NCBI GenBank assembly: GCA_951406725.2
Contig: OX597831.1
Span: 32,426,001-32,490,000 of the forward strand
DNA length: 64,000 bases
Reading direction: 5' to 3'
Source: Octopus vulgaris
Taxonomy: Eukaryota
A program made the position numbers and the translations under genes. This document shows, one piece after another, positions 1-13,210 of the stretch; the first letter of the stretch is position 1; the number at the start of each line of letters is the position of its first letter. The notes under the pieces were generated by a model, which was not told the origin of the DNA, did not search any database, and worked only from the letters and a program-made list of their open reading frames with translations.

Positions 1-1151
1 TCAGCAAAAGAGACTGATAGAATAAGTAGCAGACTTTAAAAAATGTCCTGGGGTTGATTCATTTGTCTAAAAATTATTCAAAGCTGTACCCCAGCATGGC
101 CACGGCACAATGACTGAAACAAGTAAAAGATAAAAGATTGTTATGTTTGTTGGTGCATAACATTATGCAAACGCTTGTCTGTGTACGTGCATTGCCTGCG
201 TTATACATGCATAGATGCAAACACCAATATATGTTGTATTTATATGTGCATATGCATGTGAAGGCACATGGCTTAGTGGTTAGAGCAGTGGACTAGCAGT
301 CAAGAAGCTCACTTTGCAATCATGAGGTTTCAGGTTCAGTTCCTTGGGGAAGGGTCTTCTACTATAGGCCCGCACTGACCAAATTTCCTGTCATGTGTGT
401 GTGTGTGTGTGTGTGTGTCTGCGTGTGTGTGTATGTGTGTGTTTGCCTCACCCTCCACTCCACTGCTTCTCAACAGGTATTGGTTTGTTTATGTTCCTAG
501 TAATTAAAAAATAATTACTGTGAGTCAATTCATTTGACTACAATCCTTCAAGACGGTGTCCCAGCATGGCCACAGTCAAATGACTAAAACAAGTAAAAGA
601 ATTAAAGAGAAGACAAATATGATAAATAAAACAAAATAAAAAATAGTTTATTCTATAAATGTATTTTTTTCTATTTTCTAACTTCAAAACCTAGTTTTAT
701 AAAATACGCCCAGTAAATCTTTTAAAAATCTTATCTAATAATCTCTTCACTTCCAGTGATTATTCATTTAGTTTCCAGTATGTTATGAAAAGAAAACTTG
801 CAATCTTTCGGTTTATGATTACAAAGTGAAAGTGAAAATATTGACAGTTCTGGGTACAGTCCTACCATGTGGCAACTTGGGGAAAGTGTCTTCTACAAGA
901 GTCTCATGCTGACCCAAATCTTGTGAGTAGATTTGGTAGAGAGCAGCTGAAAGAAACATGTCATATACTCTTTTACTCTTTTACTTGTTTCAGTCATGTG
1001 ACTGTGGCCATGCTGGAGCAAATCAACCCCGGGACTTATTCTTTGTAAGCCTAGTACTTATTCTATCGGTCTCTTTTGCTGAACCGCTAAGTTACGGGGG
1101 CGTAAACACACAAGCATCGGTTGTCAAGCGATGTTGAGGGGACAAACACAG

Positions 1152-1194
<43 letters not shown>

Positions 1195-1198
<4 letters not shown>

Positions 1199-1395
1199 AT
1201 CCAAACATGAAAACACAAAGAGAAAACACAACAATGCGAGGATGTGGAACAAATATAGTATTATTGGACGCTCAGGAAAGAAGGAAAGAAGGAGGGTCTA
1301 ACGTTTCGAGCGGAGCTCTTCGTTGGAAACATAGGAGAAGGAAAGATCCAGAGAAGGGAAGACAGGAAAAAAAATCGCCAATGGTACACACGCAA
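1195..1395 (-). mobile_element. ~200-bp (TA)n-flanked hammerhead-bearing mini-element, copy 1
   Basis: Highly similar to 18160-18350 (+) and 33410-33615 (-). TA repeats on both sides. Confidence 0.8.
1296..1330 (-). ncRNA. minimal type I hammerhead motif, degenerate core
   Basis: Minus strand reads gttt CCAACGA a gagc-tcc-gctc GAAA cg TT agac. Confidence 0.45.
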
Positions 1396-2025
1396 TACAT
1401 ATATATATACATATATACATAAATATATATATATATATGTATATATATAATGGACGACGGACTTCTTTCAGTTTCCATCTACCAAATCCACTCACAAGGC
1501 TTCAGTTGGCCCGAGGCTATAGTAGAAGAGACTTGCCCAAGGTGCCACGCAGTGGGACTGAACTCAGAACCATGTGGTTCATAAGCAAGCTACTTACCAC
1601 ACAGCCACTCCTATGCCTATAAATATATATGTGTGTGTGAGTGTGTGTGTGTGTGTGTGTGTCATCATTATCGTCATCATTTAACATCTGCTTTACATGA
1701 TGGCATGGTTTGGATGATTTGACAGGTGCTGCCTAGGCAGGAGTCTGCACTGTGCTTTGCTGTTTGTTCTGGCATGGTTTTTACAGCTGGATGCCCTTCC
1801 TAACACCAACCACCCTGCAGAGTGGACTGAGTGTTTTTTACAAGGCACCAGTACGGGTGAGGTCAGTTTTGGTATGGTTTTTCTTATAGATGGGTGCCTT
1901 ATTTACATATATATGTAGATCATCATAATCATCATCATCGTTTTTGTCCATTTTGCATGCTGGCATGGGTTGGATGGTTCGACTGGGGTCTGGGAAGCCA
2001 GGAGGCTGCCCCAGGCCCCAATCTG

Positions 2026-2058
<33 letters not shown>

Positions 2059-2809
2059 AACACATACACATGTATATATGTGTGTTTGTCCTCTACCACT
2101 GCTTGACAACCAGTGCTGCTGTGTTTACATTTCCATAACTTAGCTGTTCATCAAACGTAGTACCAGGCTTAAAAGAGTTAAACAAGCACTAGAATTGATT
2201 CATTCAGCTAAAATTCCTCAAAGCTGTGCTCCAGCATGGCAGCAGTCCATTGAGTGAAATAAGTTTTTAAAAAAATAAAAGAGGTAGCATTTGACAAAGT
2301 TCAGACAGAGGAATTAAATAGAACTCTCACCATTTTTCCTAATTCCTAAGAATAATCACGACAAAGATTTTGGTCCCCCATAACAATATCAGCTTTTCAA
2401 ATTTTCCACCCCCCATCCCCGATCCCCCATTCTCCACTCTCAGTATTTTGGTTACAGCTTGGTATATCTATTTTTTTTACCCCTTTTTAATTCCACTGTT
2501 TTAAAACATGCCAAAAAAAATTTTCTTTCAAAATTCAAATTTGTTTTTAATGTCAATTGTTTATGCTAATTTTCCACTTACATTTTGTGTTCATAAACCA
2601 AAAAGAATACCATTTTGTAAGAAGCAAGTATGAGTAATAAAACAAAATAAACAATAGCTGTATATATATATGTGAGTTATTTCTGAGTATGCATTGTCTG
2701 GGAGACTTTTTCTTGCAGTAGAAGAAATAGCCAAATTTTTGGCTGCTATTTCTAAAAAGCTCGGTGTGTGGTAAAGTAAATTATTTTACTTTACCCTATT
2801 TTTATAAAG

Positions 2810-2858
<49 letters not shown>

Positions 2859-3693
2859 TACAGAGTATATAATGTATACATACATATGTACATACATGCT
2901 TGCTTACATACTTTAACATCAAAATGTCGTCTGATTTAACTTTCTACACAAAGTATGCCCAGTAAATGCCTTAGTTTATTTTATATTTTATCTGATCTCT
3001 GCTGCTCTGGTAATTGTTTATTTAATTTCCAGAGTGCCAGTAATTACTTATCCAGTCTGCAGTGTATTGTGGAGCCAAAAATATTGAGAACCAATTCTCT
3101 AGAGATTCATTTAGTTAGCATTTCACTGAGTCCTATTGCTTTTCAAGTTTATAAATTAACCAGTTTGATACCAGCTCACCTATAACATCTGCTTATTCAC
3201 TGATGAAAAAAAACTTCCTCTTTTAAAGTGATCTAAATTAAATCCTTCTGTTAATATTTTATGTTAATTTGTTCTGAACACTAGCTTAATAATAATAACA
3301 AAATTATTTTACAAAATTCTTTATAATTTTCAAAATTGATTGAAACACAGGTTCTATATTTCAACAGAAACATGGTAACAAAAAGGTTAAAGTGATCCAA
3401 AATTAAAATCTTCTGTCAAAATTTAATGTTAATCTATGTTTGAAAGACCAGTTGAATATGGATAAAGTTATTTTGCCAAATTTTTCATAATTTTAAAATT
3501 TAATTGAAACAAACGCTGTGAATTTAAACAGAAATATGCTAACAAAAAGCACCAAAGTCAATAAAAGTTAAAACTTTTCATCAAAATTCCATGTTAATTT
3601 TTGTTCCCAACACCAGTTGAATAATCACAAAGTTATTATACTAAATTCTTTATCTTCAAAATTAACTGAAATAAAGGAAGTGTATTTCAACAG

Positions 3694-3696
<3 letters not shown>

Positions 3697-3739
<43 letters not shown>

Positions 3740-3980
3740 CATCATGATTTAGTGTCTGCTTTCCATGCCGTCATGGGCTGGACGGTTTGACTGGAAACTG
3801 GTAAGCTGGAGAGCTGCACCAGGTTCCAGTCTGATTTGGCATGGTTTCTACTTCCGAATGCCAATGTGCAATGGGTGCTTTTTACGTGCCACTAGCATGG
3901 GTGTGTTTTACATGCCACCATCACTGTTGCATGTCCCATGACACCGGCATTGGCCACAACTATGATTTCCCTTGGCTTGA
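3697..3980 (-). mobile_element. RTE LINE 3' end fragment with (CAT)n tail
   Basis: Matches the 3' UTR of the RTE at 48400-50527 in reverse. Confidence 0.75.
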
Positions 3981-4112
3981 CAAAATGCTTAAATTGATTT
4001 AAATCAAAGCCTTCTATCAAAATTCCATGTTAATTTATGTTCCAGACACCAGCTCCATAATGACCTTGTCATTTGACTAAATCTTACATGATTTTCAAAA
4101 CTAATTGAAACA

Positions 4113-4460
4113 ATGCGTGGCACCTTGGGCAAGTGTCTTCTGCTATAGCCCTGGGCCAACCAATGCCTTGTGAGTGGATTTGGTAGACGGAAACTGAAAG
4201 AAGCCTGTCATATATATGTGTATATATATATATATATGTATGTGTGTGTATGTGTTTGTGTGTCTGTGTTTGTCTCCCTAGCATTGCTTGACAACCGATG
4301 CTGGTGTGTTTACGTCCCCGTCACTTAGCGGTTCAGCAAAAGAGACCGATAGAATAAATACTGGGCTTACAAAGAATAAGTCCCGGGGTCGATTTGCTCG
4401 ACTAAAGGCGGTGCTCCAGCATGGCTGCAGTCAAATGACTGAAACAAGTAAGAGAGAGAG
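4113..4460 (+). mobile_element. SINE family A, 5'-truncated
   Basis: gcgtggcaccttgggcaagtgtcttc...gactgaaacaagtaa matches other copies. Confidence 0.85.
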
Positions 4461-4591
4461 TAAAGGCAGTGTATTTCTACAGAAATATGGTAACTAAAGG
4501 GTTAAAGTGATCAAAATTTCATGTTAATTAATGTTCCAAACACCAGTTTAATAATGACCAGTTTATTTTGCTAAATTCTTTATTATTCTTA

Positions 4592-5860
4592 TTAGCTCAT
4601 TAAGTATGAGTTTTGTAGAAAAGAAAAAAAGTTTGCTAATGTTTTATAAATACAAGGAATAGTTTTATTCATCAAAATATGCGCCCATATTGTCAATACA
4701 CTTTTGCCATTTTAGCAGTAGCTTATCTAGCCCGGAATTGTAAAAGCTTGGCAATCTAGAGTCAATAAAATCTTGGAAGGCCTGTTTTACAGCATCGTCG
4801 GAATTAAATTTTTTCCTATCAAAAAGTTATCCAAATTCTGGAAGAAGTGGTAGTCAGTGGGGGTAAGATCAGGTGAGTATGGTGGATGATGGAGAACTTC
4901 CAACTCCAATGTCATTTTTACAATGTGTGGTCTGACGTTGCCTTGCAATAAAATAGGAGTGGATCTATTGACTAATCTATACTGTATTGTTTTTGTTAGT
5001 TTCTGCATCATTTGGTCCAGTTGCCTGCAGTATACTTCGGCCGTGATTGATGAGCCAGGTTTAATGAAATCATCACGGATCACACCTGCACCAGACCACC
5101 AAACACACACCATCAGCTTCTTTTGATGAATTTTGGTTTTTGGACTGTATTTTGGTGGCTCATCTTTGTCCAACCATTGTACTGAACGTTTACGGTTGCT
5201 GTATTGGATCCATTTCTCATCACATATTACAATTCGATTCAAAAGTGATTCATTTTTGTGACAAGAAAGTAGCATAATGCAGGCTTCAAACGTTGCTGTT
5301 TCTGATTATCATTGAGTTCATGTGGAACCCACTTATCCAACTTTTTCATTTTACCGATTTGAACTAGGTGAGTCAATATTGTTTGCTTGCTAACACCAAA
5401 CAACAACGATAATTCACAGGTACTTTGAGATGGATCTGACTCGAGGGTGGCTTTCAGTTTGTTATTATCCACCTTTGTTTCTGGTCAACTGCATTGTTCA
5501 TTTGTGAAGTCAATATTACCAGAATGAAATTTTGCAAACCAATTTGATACCATCTGCTGCATAATAACATTAGAATGAAATACTTTATTAATATTCCGAG
5601 CTGTCTATGATGCTATATTTCTCAGAAAGAACTCATATTTCAAAACTGTATGAATTTCTAACTTATCCATCTCTAAACAAAAATAGCAAAAAACGATTTA
5701 TAAATACGTTATAAAGTGCAAAATGAGTTACAATAAAAAAATAGATGTGTCAGCTTTCTAACAAAAAATAAAGATTATCAAAATATAATAATGGCGCAAA
5801 ATGAGCAGCTGTCAAAGTTTACCATATACCTTACTACAAATTTCATACGTGATGACCTAA
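4592..5860 (-). mobile_element. decayed mariner (DD34D-type) transposon
   Basis: Frameshifted ORFs 5239-5472 (WVPHEL) and 4787-5275 (CDEKWI, YSPDLTPTDYHFF). Imperfect ~28-bp TIRs (ttagctcattaagtatgagttttgtag / ctacaaatttcatacgtgatgacctaa) with TA on both sides. Confidence 0.92.
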
Positions 5861-7029
5861 TAAAATTGTTTGAAACAAAAGCAATGTACTTCAACAGAAA
5901 GTTGGTAACAGAAGGGTTAACATAAACTTCCTGTGGCTCTACCACAATGCAATAAACTTTACAACTGCTTTTCTTGTATCTGATGGAAGATTAGTATCAA
6001 GGTGGGGTGAGGGCAGGGGTTAGACAGCAAATATCTTGGATTATGTTTATTTCTAGCATTGTTGTGTTATTCTGGAGAAAAGTATGGGTGGTGGTGAATC
6101 ACTGAATTTGAGAAAATGTTTCATAAATGAGGTTACTTGCTGCTGTTTGCATTGTTAGCAGCATGTTATTTCAAGTTGGTGTTATGTCAAGGCATGTGAT
6201 GTGGCCCCTGTTGATGCCCATAACTAATTTGTACAGTGTTTTTAATGGGGTTTTTTTTTAGTGAATGTTTTCTTGGGTAAAAAATCTTTGTCGGGGTTCA
6301 GCTTTGCTTTGGTTTATTTCCATTATTATTTCCTTCTTAAACTGTGATTATTATTACTGGAAGTGATTCTTCGATATATATTTATATATTCATTAGTAGA
6401 TTAACCCATTAACTGCCAAATTTTTTTATTCAGGTTTTTTGGCTTTGCCAGGTGTCTTAGGAGTTAAAATAATATATAGTATTTAAATTTTTTTCATAAG
6501 TGAATTATTTTGGAAATTAGGATAAATTTTTCAGAATGTTCCAAATGGGGATTGCTGAAGAAAAGCATATTTATCCTTTTCTATTCAATTGCAATAATAA
6601 ACATTTTAGTATTTTTGAAATTATAGTATCAAATGCGAATGTGTATGAAATATCAATGAATGATATAGATGGGGAATGCAAAAAATATAAAAATAAAACG
6701 TTTTCAGAACAGTCAATATTTTTGTAGTTTCAGGTGAAGCGGTACATGAATGAAAAAGTGTGCACACAATTTAGCCTTGTCCCGTTCTGCACAAGGAAGT
6801 TATATAAAAATGTATGAAAGAATTTCATTCAAAAATTGAGTTTATTTCTCGTGCAACAGTAAGTTGTAAACATGTCATGTGACATGATAGCTTTGACTTG
6901 CACGATTGCTCCTACAAAGCATTTTCTTTCACTTAGGCCATGTGTAGTCAACTCTAGTTGCTTTCAAACACAGAGTTGTGTTCAGGTCAAAGTCCGGCAT
7001 AGAAGGGAGATAGAAATCCCACAGCTATC

Positions 7030-7077
<48 letters not shown>

Positions 7078-7832
7078 AAAGACTGTTGGCTCCCCCTGGC
7101 GACTAAAAAAAAAACCTTCTAGAACATTACATGACTCATTGGTATTTATAAAAGGGACATAAATCTGCTTTCTTGGAAGCTTCTAGAATGAATGTTCACC
7201 AAGGAAGGTCACTGTGATTGGAACCCGTGACTTCTGCCAGTCATAAATAAGGCAATAACAACATCTGTTTCAAATTATGTAATTCCTACAGATGAAAGGT
7301 AAAGGCAACCTTGGTGGAATTTGAACTCAGAACATACAGGCAGATGAAATGCCGCTAAACATTTTGCCTGGCATGTTAACAGTTCAGCCAGCTCACTGCC
7401 TTATTTCTATCAATAAATATGTTAAACATTCATGAGTTTGCTTTATTTATGATAACAGGCAGCCAGCAAGTCCACACAACAATGGTCTTCATCCAATACA
7501 CACCAACACCAACAGCCACGACTCATGGCAATGTTGGTGTGGTTTTTGTAGTTGTTGCTGCTGTTGCTATGATTGTTGTCCTGGTTGTTACCGCTATAGA
7601 TGTTGTTGCTGAGGTGATGGTGGCATATGCTGTTAACGCTAGGCCATCTTCTGATTAAAAGTATTCCACACGTGACCATCCCATCTTTTTAAATGGTATC
7701 TAGGACCCCACAATATTACCTAGTACACTCTTCACTTCTAAGATGGCAGGGTGTGATTTGAGAGAAATTCCGTTACTATTTCTAGCAAGTTGAGCGACCA
7801 CATGCAGGAAAAGGAGAAAGAAGAAAAAAAAG

Positions 7833-7895
<63 letters not shown>

Positions 7896-8459
7896 GGGAG
7901 AGAGAGAAGGAAAGCCATCTCCATCCCTTGTGGGATGTTTTATCAAAAGTTCCAAAAATATTGTAACAAAATGTTGTGTAGTATTTATGCTGACAAGTAG
8001 AAGCTGTGAAAATACATTGTTTTTTATGATATATGTTCTTAATTCGATTTTGATGTAAAAATATTTTATAAATTTTCGTTAAAAATTTCAATTTATATCT
8101 TCAATGTTCTTCCATAGTTAAGGTATTTAAAAACAAAACCCTCCAACTTGTTTCGTTATGTTAAAAATTTCAATTTTGTTTTAGATGTCCTTCCATAGTT
8201 AAAGTTAATACCAATGAAACCTGCTCAACTTAAATATTTCGTTTATACATTTTGTTGTGTTACATACATTCCGTCTGAGAAACTCGTTGAGAGTAAACGA
8301 GTCTGTGGAATACTTCCACTTTGCAATCTAATATACACTATACATTTTCACTATTGAATTCAATTCAAATAATTGATACATTAGTTGATCGAACTGACTT
8401 TCACATGTCTTTCTCTACTGGAAAATCCATCATACATATATACATACATATATACATAC

Positions 8460-8548
<89 letters not shown>

Positions 8549-8551
<3 letters not shown>

Positions 8552-9367
8552 GGTGCAATGGGTAAATTGTCGCCATTTCATAGTTTTAATTTCGTGCATT
8601 GTTTTTTATTTTGTCGCCTCAGAACCATGATGCGATTTACTCTGCTAGAAATTTGGAAATGACATGCTGTACTGCTTGGCATTCGCGCCAGAAGCTCCTA
8701 TACAAACATTTCAGAGTGTTTGGTGTCAATCTGAGGACATGTACTGAGAGTGATAAAAATCAAACATCCAGTCAACATCATGGTGTTTGGAGTGATCACC
8801 AGTGATGGTGTCATTATGCCTCCATTCATCTTCCCACAGAGCCTCAGATTCAGCAAGGAGGCCTACATCAAGTGCCTAGAGGGGGTAGTGCTGCCCTCGG
8901 TCAAGAGGGTGGCTACTGGAAGACCTGATATCTGGCAACAGGACTTTGCACTATGTCACACGAGCGGGAGAACCCAGTCATGGCTGTCAGACAATTTCTG
9001 CGACCACATCACCCCTAACATCTGGTCACCTAACTCCCCACACTGCACCCCCCTTGATTATTTTGTGTGGGTTGCAGTTGAGAAAGAGACCAACAAAACT
9101 CCTTGTAACACCAAAGATGAACTGAAGGCAAGGATTATGGCAGCATTCATCAACTTAAACAAGGAGACTGTCCAGAAGAGTTGCTGGAGATTCCAAAACC
9201 ATCAGGAGGCCATGGTTGAAGCCATTGGTGATTTTATTGAAAAAAATTACTCTTTAGTATTACAAGAGATTTTTATGTAAATTTGGTTAAATATATCTGT
9301 TAAAATGAGATGTCAGTGTTATCTTCATTTTTGCGTAATTTAGACCACAGTTAATTCACCATACCTG
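8549..9367 (+). mobile_element. internally deleted Tc1/mariner-superfamily element, maT/DD37D-like
   Basis: ORF 8750-9280 has KHPVNIMVFG, WQQD..CHTS and WSPNSPHCTPLDYFVW. Ends are CAGG...CCTG flanked by TA, within a TA microsatellite. Confidence 0.8.
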
Positions 9368-9644
9368 TATGTATGTATGTATACACTTTATTATTATAAA
9401 AGCTGCAAAAACATCACAAAAACTGCAACTCAGAGTTTCATGCTCCCATTCATTGGACAGTTTAGATTGAGAATGGAACAAAGTTTGCATGCATAAACTA
9501 TACAATTTACATTGTCTTTTATGCATAAAGCTTAGATGTATCTTTTCCTTATTATCTGTCCCTTTTCTCTTCATCCTCTGTTTTCCTTATCATAAGATAC
9601 TTTACTGAACACATTTATATCCTCTCTCTTTTTCTATCTTTATT

Positions 9645-9688
<44 letters not shown>

Positions 9689-9819
9689 ACCCTCTATTCT
9701 TACCACCACCACCTCTTATTCTTATTCTGATTCTTTTCTAACGTGCAGCAATGGAGTTGCGACTTCACAACATATGCACGAAGATGTATGATGTGTATAT
9801 GTCTATATATATAAAAGAG

Positions 9820-10005
9820 AGAGGTATTTCGTCTGTCGTTACGTTCTGAGTTCGAATTCCGCCGAGGTTGACTTTGTCTTTCATCCTTTTGGGGTCGATA
9901 AATAAAGTACCAGTTTCGCACTGGGGTCGATGTAATCGACTTAATCCCTTTGTCTGTCCTTGTTTGTCCCCTCTATGTTTAGCCCCTTGTGGGTAGTAAA
10001 GAAAT
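9820..10005 (+). mobile_element. tRNA-derived SINE family B
   Basis: B-box-like gagttcgaattcc plus body gactttg.ctttcatcc...ggggtcgat. Related copies at ~7290, 19500, 38420-39130, 43215, 52480 and 60060. Confidence 0.75.
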
Positions 10006-10281
10006 ATATATAAAAGAGAGATTCTGACTGTGTGTTTGTTTGTCTACCAAAATGAAAATGAATGGCTGAAGGGAAGTTATTATCCATATGTATGTATCTA
10101 TTATTATTATTATTATTATTATTATTATCATCATCATCATCATCATTATCTTCATTTATTATCTCTATTATGTCTCATTCGTTTGCACCCCAAAATGAAA
10201 GTGAATGGTTCAAGGGAAGCTATGATGTATATGTATGTATGTATGTATGCATGCATGCATGCATGTATCTATCTATCTATC

Positions 10282-10344
<63 letters not shown>

Positions 10345-10556
10345 GTGTGTGTGTGTTTGTCTCCCCCAACATCGCTTGATAACCTTGTTTGCTGGGGCGT
10401 TCACGTTGTCGTAACTTTACGGTTCAACAAAAAAGAATCGATTGAATAAGTACTAGGCTTACAAAGAATAAATCCTGGGGTCAATTTGCTCGACCAAAGG
10501 TAGTGCTCCAGCATGGCCGCACTCAAATGACTGAAACAAGTAAAAGAATATGAAAC

Positions 10557-10629
10557 TGCCAAAACCTATGATCGAACCAGGGACCTTCAAATCTTCAGTG
10601 TAACGCTCTACCAACTGAGCTACGCAAGT
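10557..10629 (-). pseudogene. tRNA-Phe(GAA) pseudogene
   Basis: Minus strand ...tagctcagttggtagagcgttacactGAAgatttgaaggtccctggttcgatcataggttttggca follows the eukaryotic tRNA-Phe pattern. The acceptor stem does not pair. Confidence 0.8.
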
Positions 10630-10659
10630 CACTCGGGTATTTAGTTTCAATGCACATAC

Positions 10660-11110
10660 CTCGTCGTCATGTATCGTACGCCTGCAGCGCATCGACGACC
10701 CTACATTGAAAGTCTTCCCTATTAAACGCAAGTCCTCCATCTGCTTCACCATTCTTGCCCAACCAGTTGTTGATATTGTCCATCCATTGCGTTCTTTGCC
10801 TGCCACTCGATCTATCGCCCTCTGCTCTTCCTTCCATGATAACATTTTCCAAACCTCTGCTTCTTCAAATATTGCCATTATAAATAGATGAGCTTCTGAT
10901 TTTTCATAATGTGCAGGGGCTGTCATTTTTCACCTATGATCCTTGTAAGGGTCTCGTAACATTCTCCCATTCACCCATGTTTCAAACGCATTGATTATAT
11001 TCCTTTCATATTTGTTCAGAGCCCATACCTTGCAACTACAAATGCCTATTGGCCAAATGAATGCTCACACAATCATTGTTTACAATTTAGTTGGGACATT
11101 TTTGCTATTC
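10660..11110 (-). mobile_element. RTE-type LINE C-terminal remnant
   Basis: ORF has VIMEGRAEGDRSSGRQRTQWMDNI, like the G.R..GR....W.D motif at RTE C-termini. Confidence 0.65.
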
Positions 11111-11135
11111 AGTCATATATTTAGTGATAAAATAG

Positions 11136-11568
11136 GGATCTTTTCGGTTTGAACGGCAGTTTTTCTAGCGGTGTCATATGAAATTGTCACCCATAATTAT
11201 GATCCTAGTATCGATCTATTGCATTTCAATCTGTTTTAGGGTTAAGGTTAGTTAGGGTTAGGGTTAGGGGTGGGGGTAAGGGTATCTTTTTTTCTTCACA
11301 AATGTAAATAAACCCAATCTGTTTCTTAAACGAGGGACATATTCATACGGCACAGAATGTTTTCACTTCAATAGACGTCATTGATTGGTTGAAATTGCAG
11401 AAATTGAAGAAAAAAAACAACAAATATCTTACAAACTATAGAATGTTCTCAATAAAGCCAAGAGAAAAAGATGTTTTATAAACACATTCTACCAGTATAC
11501 GAAGTTTAAAAGTGTTTAGTTACGTGGAAATTATTTTTAAAAAACTGCCGTTCAAACCGAAAAGATCC
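11136..11568. mobile_element. GGATC-ended MITE (Merlin-like) with TTAGGG-like repeats
   Basis: TIRs ggatcttttcggtttgaacggcagttttt / aaaaactgccgttcaaaccgaaaagatcc. Same family as 28386-29579. Confidence 0.85.
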
Positions 11569-12054
11569 GAAAGACGTTAACAGATTTTGGCGGGAAACGC
11601 TTGTTTTAGTCAAATAGTTTCCGTTACAGATTTGAGGCGCGATAAAATTATTTGATTAGTCAGTAATATTCAAGTGAAGACACCCACCTTGTTTTATGTT
11701 TTATTTGTTCGTTTACGTGTTGTTGCTGATTTGTATTTTTATAAACTACCGTGAACATTAAACAGCGAATAATAATAATAATAATGATAATAATAAACAA
11801 TAAAAAAAAACAGCTACCGACGACCACCAAATATCAACATCATTATTACACGGCAGTCAGGTGAGTCAAGCTCGACGAATTTATCAAAACTAATGTGTCA
11901 TCACCATATGGAGACACTATTAGAATGACAGGAGGGAGAAGGCGGGAGCGAGTGAGAAGAAGAGAGAAAGGAAGAAAGACAGTATAGAGAAATATATAGG
12001 AAGTACATGGAGATGGGGGAATAAAGAAACCAGCCACGTCAGCGACTACCTGCC

Positions 12055-12115
<61 letters not shown>

Positions 12116-12123
12116 TGTACACG

Positions 12124-12163
<40 letters not shown>

Positions 12164-12331
12164 AAAATACAAAAATGGGACAAGAACGCAAAACATCCAG
12201 ACAGGTGAAACAAGAAAGGGACCACAAAATATCCAGACAGACGATACAAGGAAAACAAGGACGGATCATTCGGAGTTTTCTATCATATACATATACATAT
12301 ATACATACATACACACACATATATATATGTT

Positions 12332-12394
<63 letters not shown>

Positions 12395-12590
12395 CATACA
12401 TACATACATACATACATACATACATACATACATACTTTTCTCCCTGGATGGCGTGTTCGTTTCTCTTTTTGCCATCTGTGATATTATTTCTGATCTTCTA
12501 TATAAATGAAGATATTTCCTCTGTGTGGCTGCTTTTCTCTCTACAAAACGGATAGTTGCATTGCGGAATAGTCATTTTAACGAGTTGTAT

Positions 12591-12708
12591 TTATTTATCA
12601 CCCGACGAGATACACCTGCACCACCGGATACTCCTGAACCAGTTGTTGAATGTCCCACCGAAGAGGAATCGATGTTAAATGTGTCGAAACAATTGTCGTG
12701 ATTAATAA
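12591..12708 (+). ncRNA. type I hammerhead motif with ~65-nt stem-II loop
   Basis: ttatttatcac CCGACGA gataca...tgtgtc GAAA caattg TC gtgattaataa. Stem I is 11 bp with one mismatch. (TA)n lies just downstream. Confidence 0.65.
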
Positions 12709-12799
12709 TAAATTCCGGTATATTCGATCTTCTGTCTTTCATTTGATATATATATATATATCGGCGGCGGCGGCATTATCTGTCATCCGAGAATTTATT

Positions 12800-13210
12800 T
12801 TTTCTTTGTTGAGCGTTTCTTTTATAGTTGTTGCCTTTGATGATTCTGTACACCAATTCTTGCATAGAAGAGTTGATGGCATTGACTGGCAGGGCATTGT
12901 TGATGGAAGACGAGGTTGATTTTATCGAGCCTTTCTCTTCTGTCGTTTGATTTCTTCTTTTTCTCTTCTGGCGGATTCGAAGTTTTTATTTCCGACAGTG
13001 ATAGAACACTGCTACTTGATACGGTTTGGAGCTTGAGTTTCCAACAGTTTAAGCTCAAATCCAATAGCATTCAATGTTGTTTTGAGTTGGTCCTCGTAAA
13101 ATCTCGTAGTCATTTCCATAAAGTGAACTCGCTGAATAAGACTTGGCGTGGGAACCTTGATTCCATTCTTGCTACATGTCCTGACCATCGACGACGGTGT
13201 TTCATGTATA
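12800..13210 (-). mobile_element. RTE-type LINE 3' coding remnant
   Basis: Frames give RLRWSGHVARM and FYEDQLKTTLNAIG. Confidence 0.7.

Larger units (their letters stand above)
968..1620 (-). mobile_element. tRNA-derived SINE family A, split by (TA)n and an HHR mini-element
   Basis: Matches the full copy at 63562-63958 in reverse. Head at 1450-1620, tail at 968-1150, with (TA)n and the 1195-1395 insert between them. Confidence 0.85.
3226..5920 (+). repeat. degenerate tandem array of ~160-bp units related to the piggyBac-like MITE, with nested insertions
   Basis: Units ...ctaaattctttat...aattgaaaca...tcaacagaaa..ggtaac..aggttaa at ~3226, 3390, 3560, 3990 and 4500, resuming at 5862-5920. Confidence 0.7.

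Noticed and set aside
6734-6858. AG...GTAAGT-bounded possible exon
   Set aside because: Stop codons in all three frames. Could only be non-coding, and nothing else supports it.
10557-10629. Functional tRNA-Phe gene
   Set aside because: Acceptor stem unpaired and mismatches in the T and anticodon stems.
11236-11282. TTAGGG runs as a telomere or fusion relic (also at 16235 and 29130)
   Set aside because: Short and degenerate, and internal to MITEs at 11236 and 29130.
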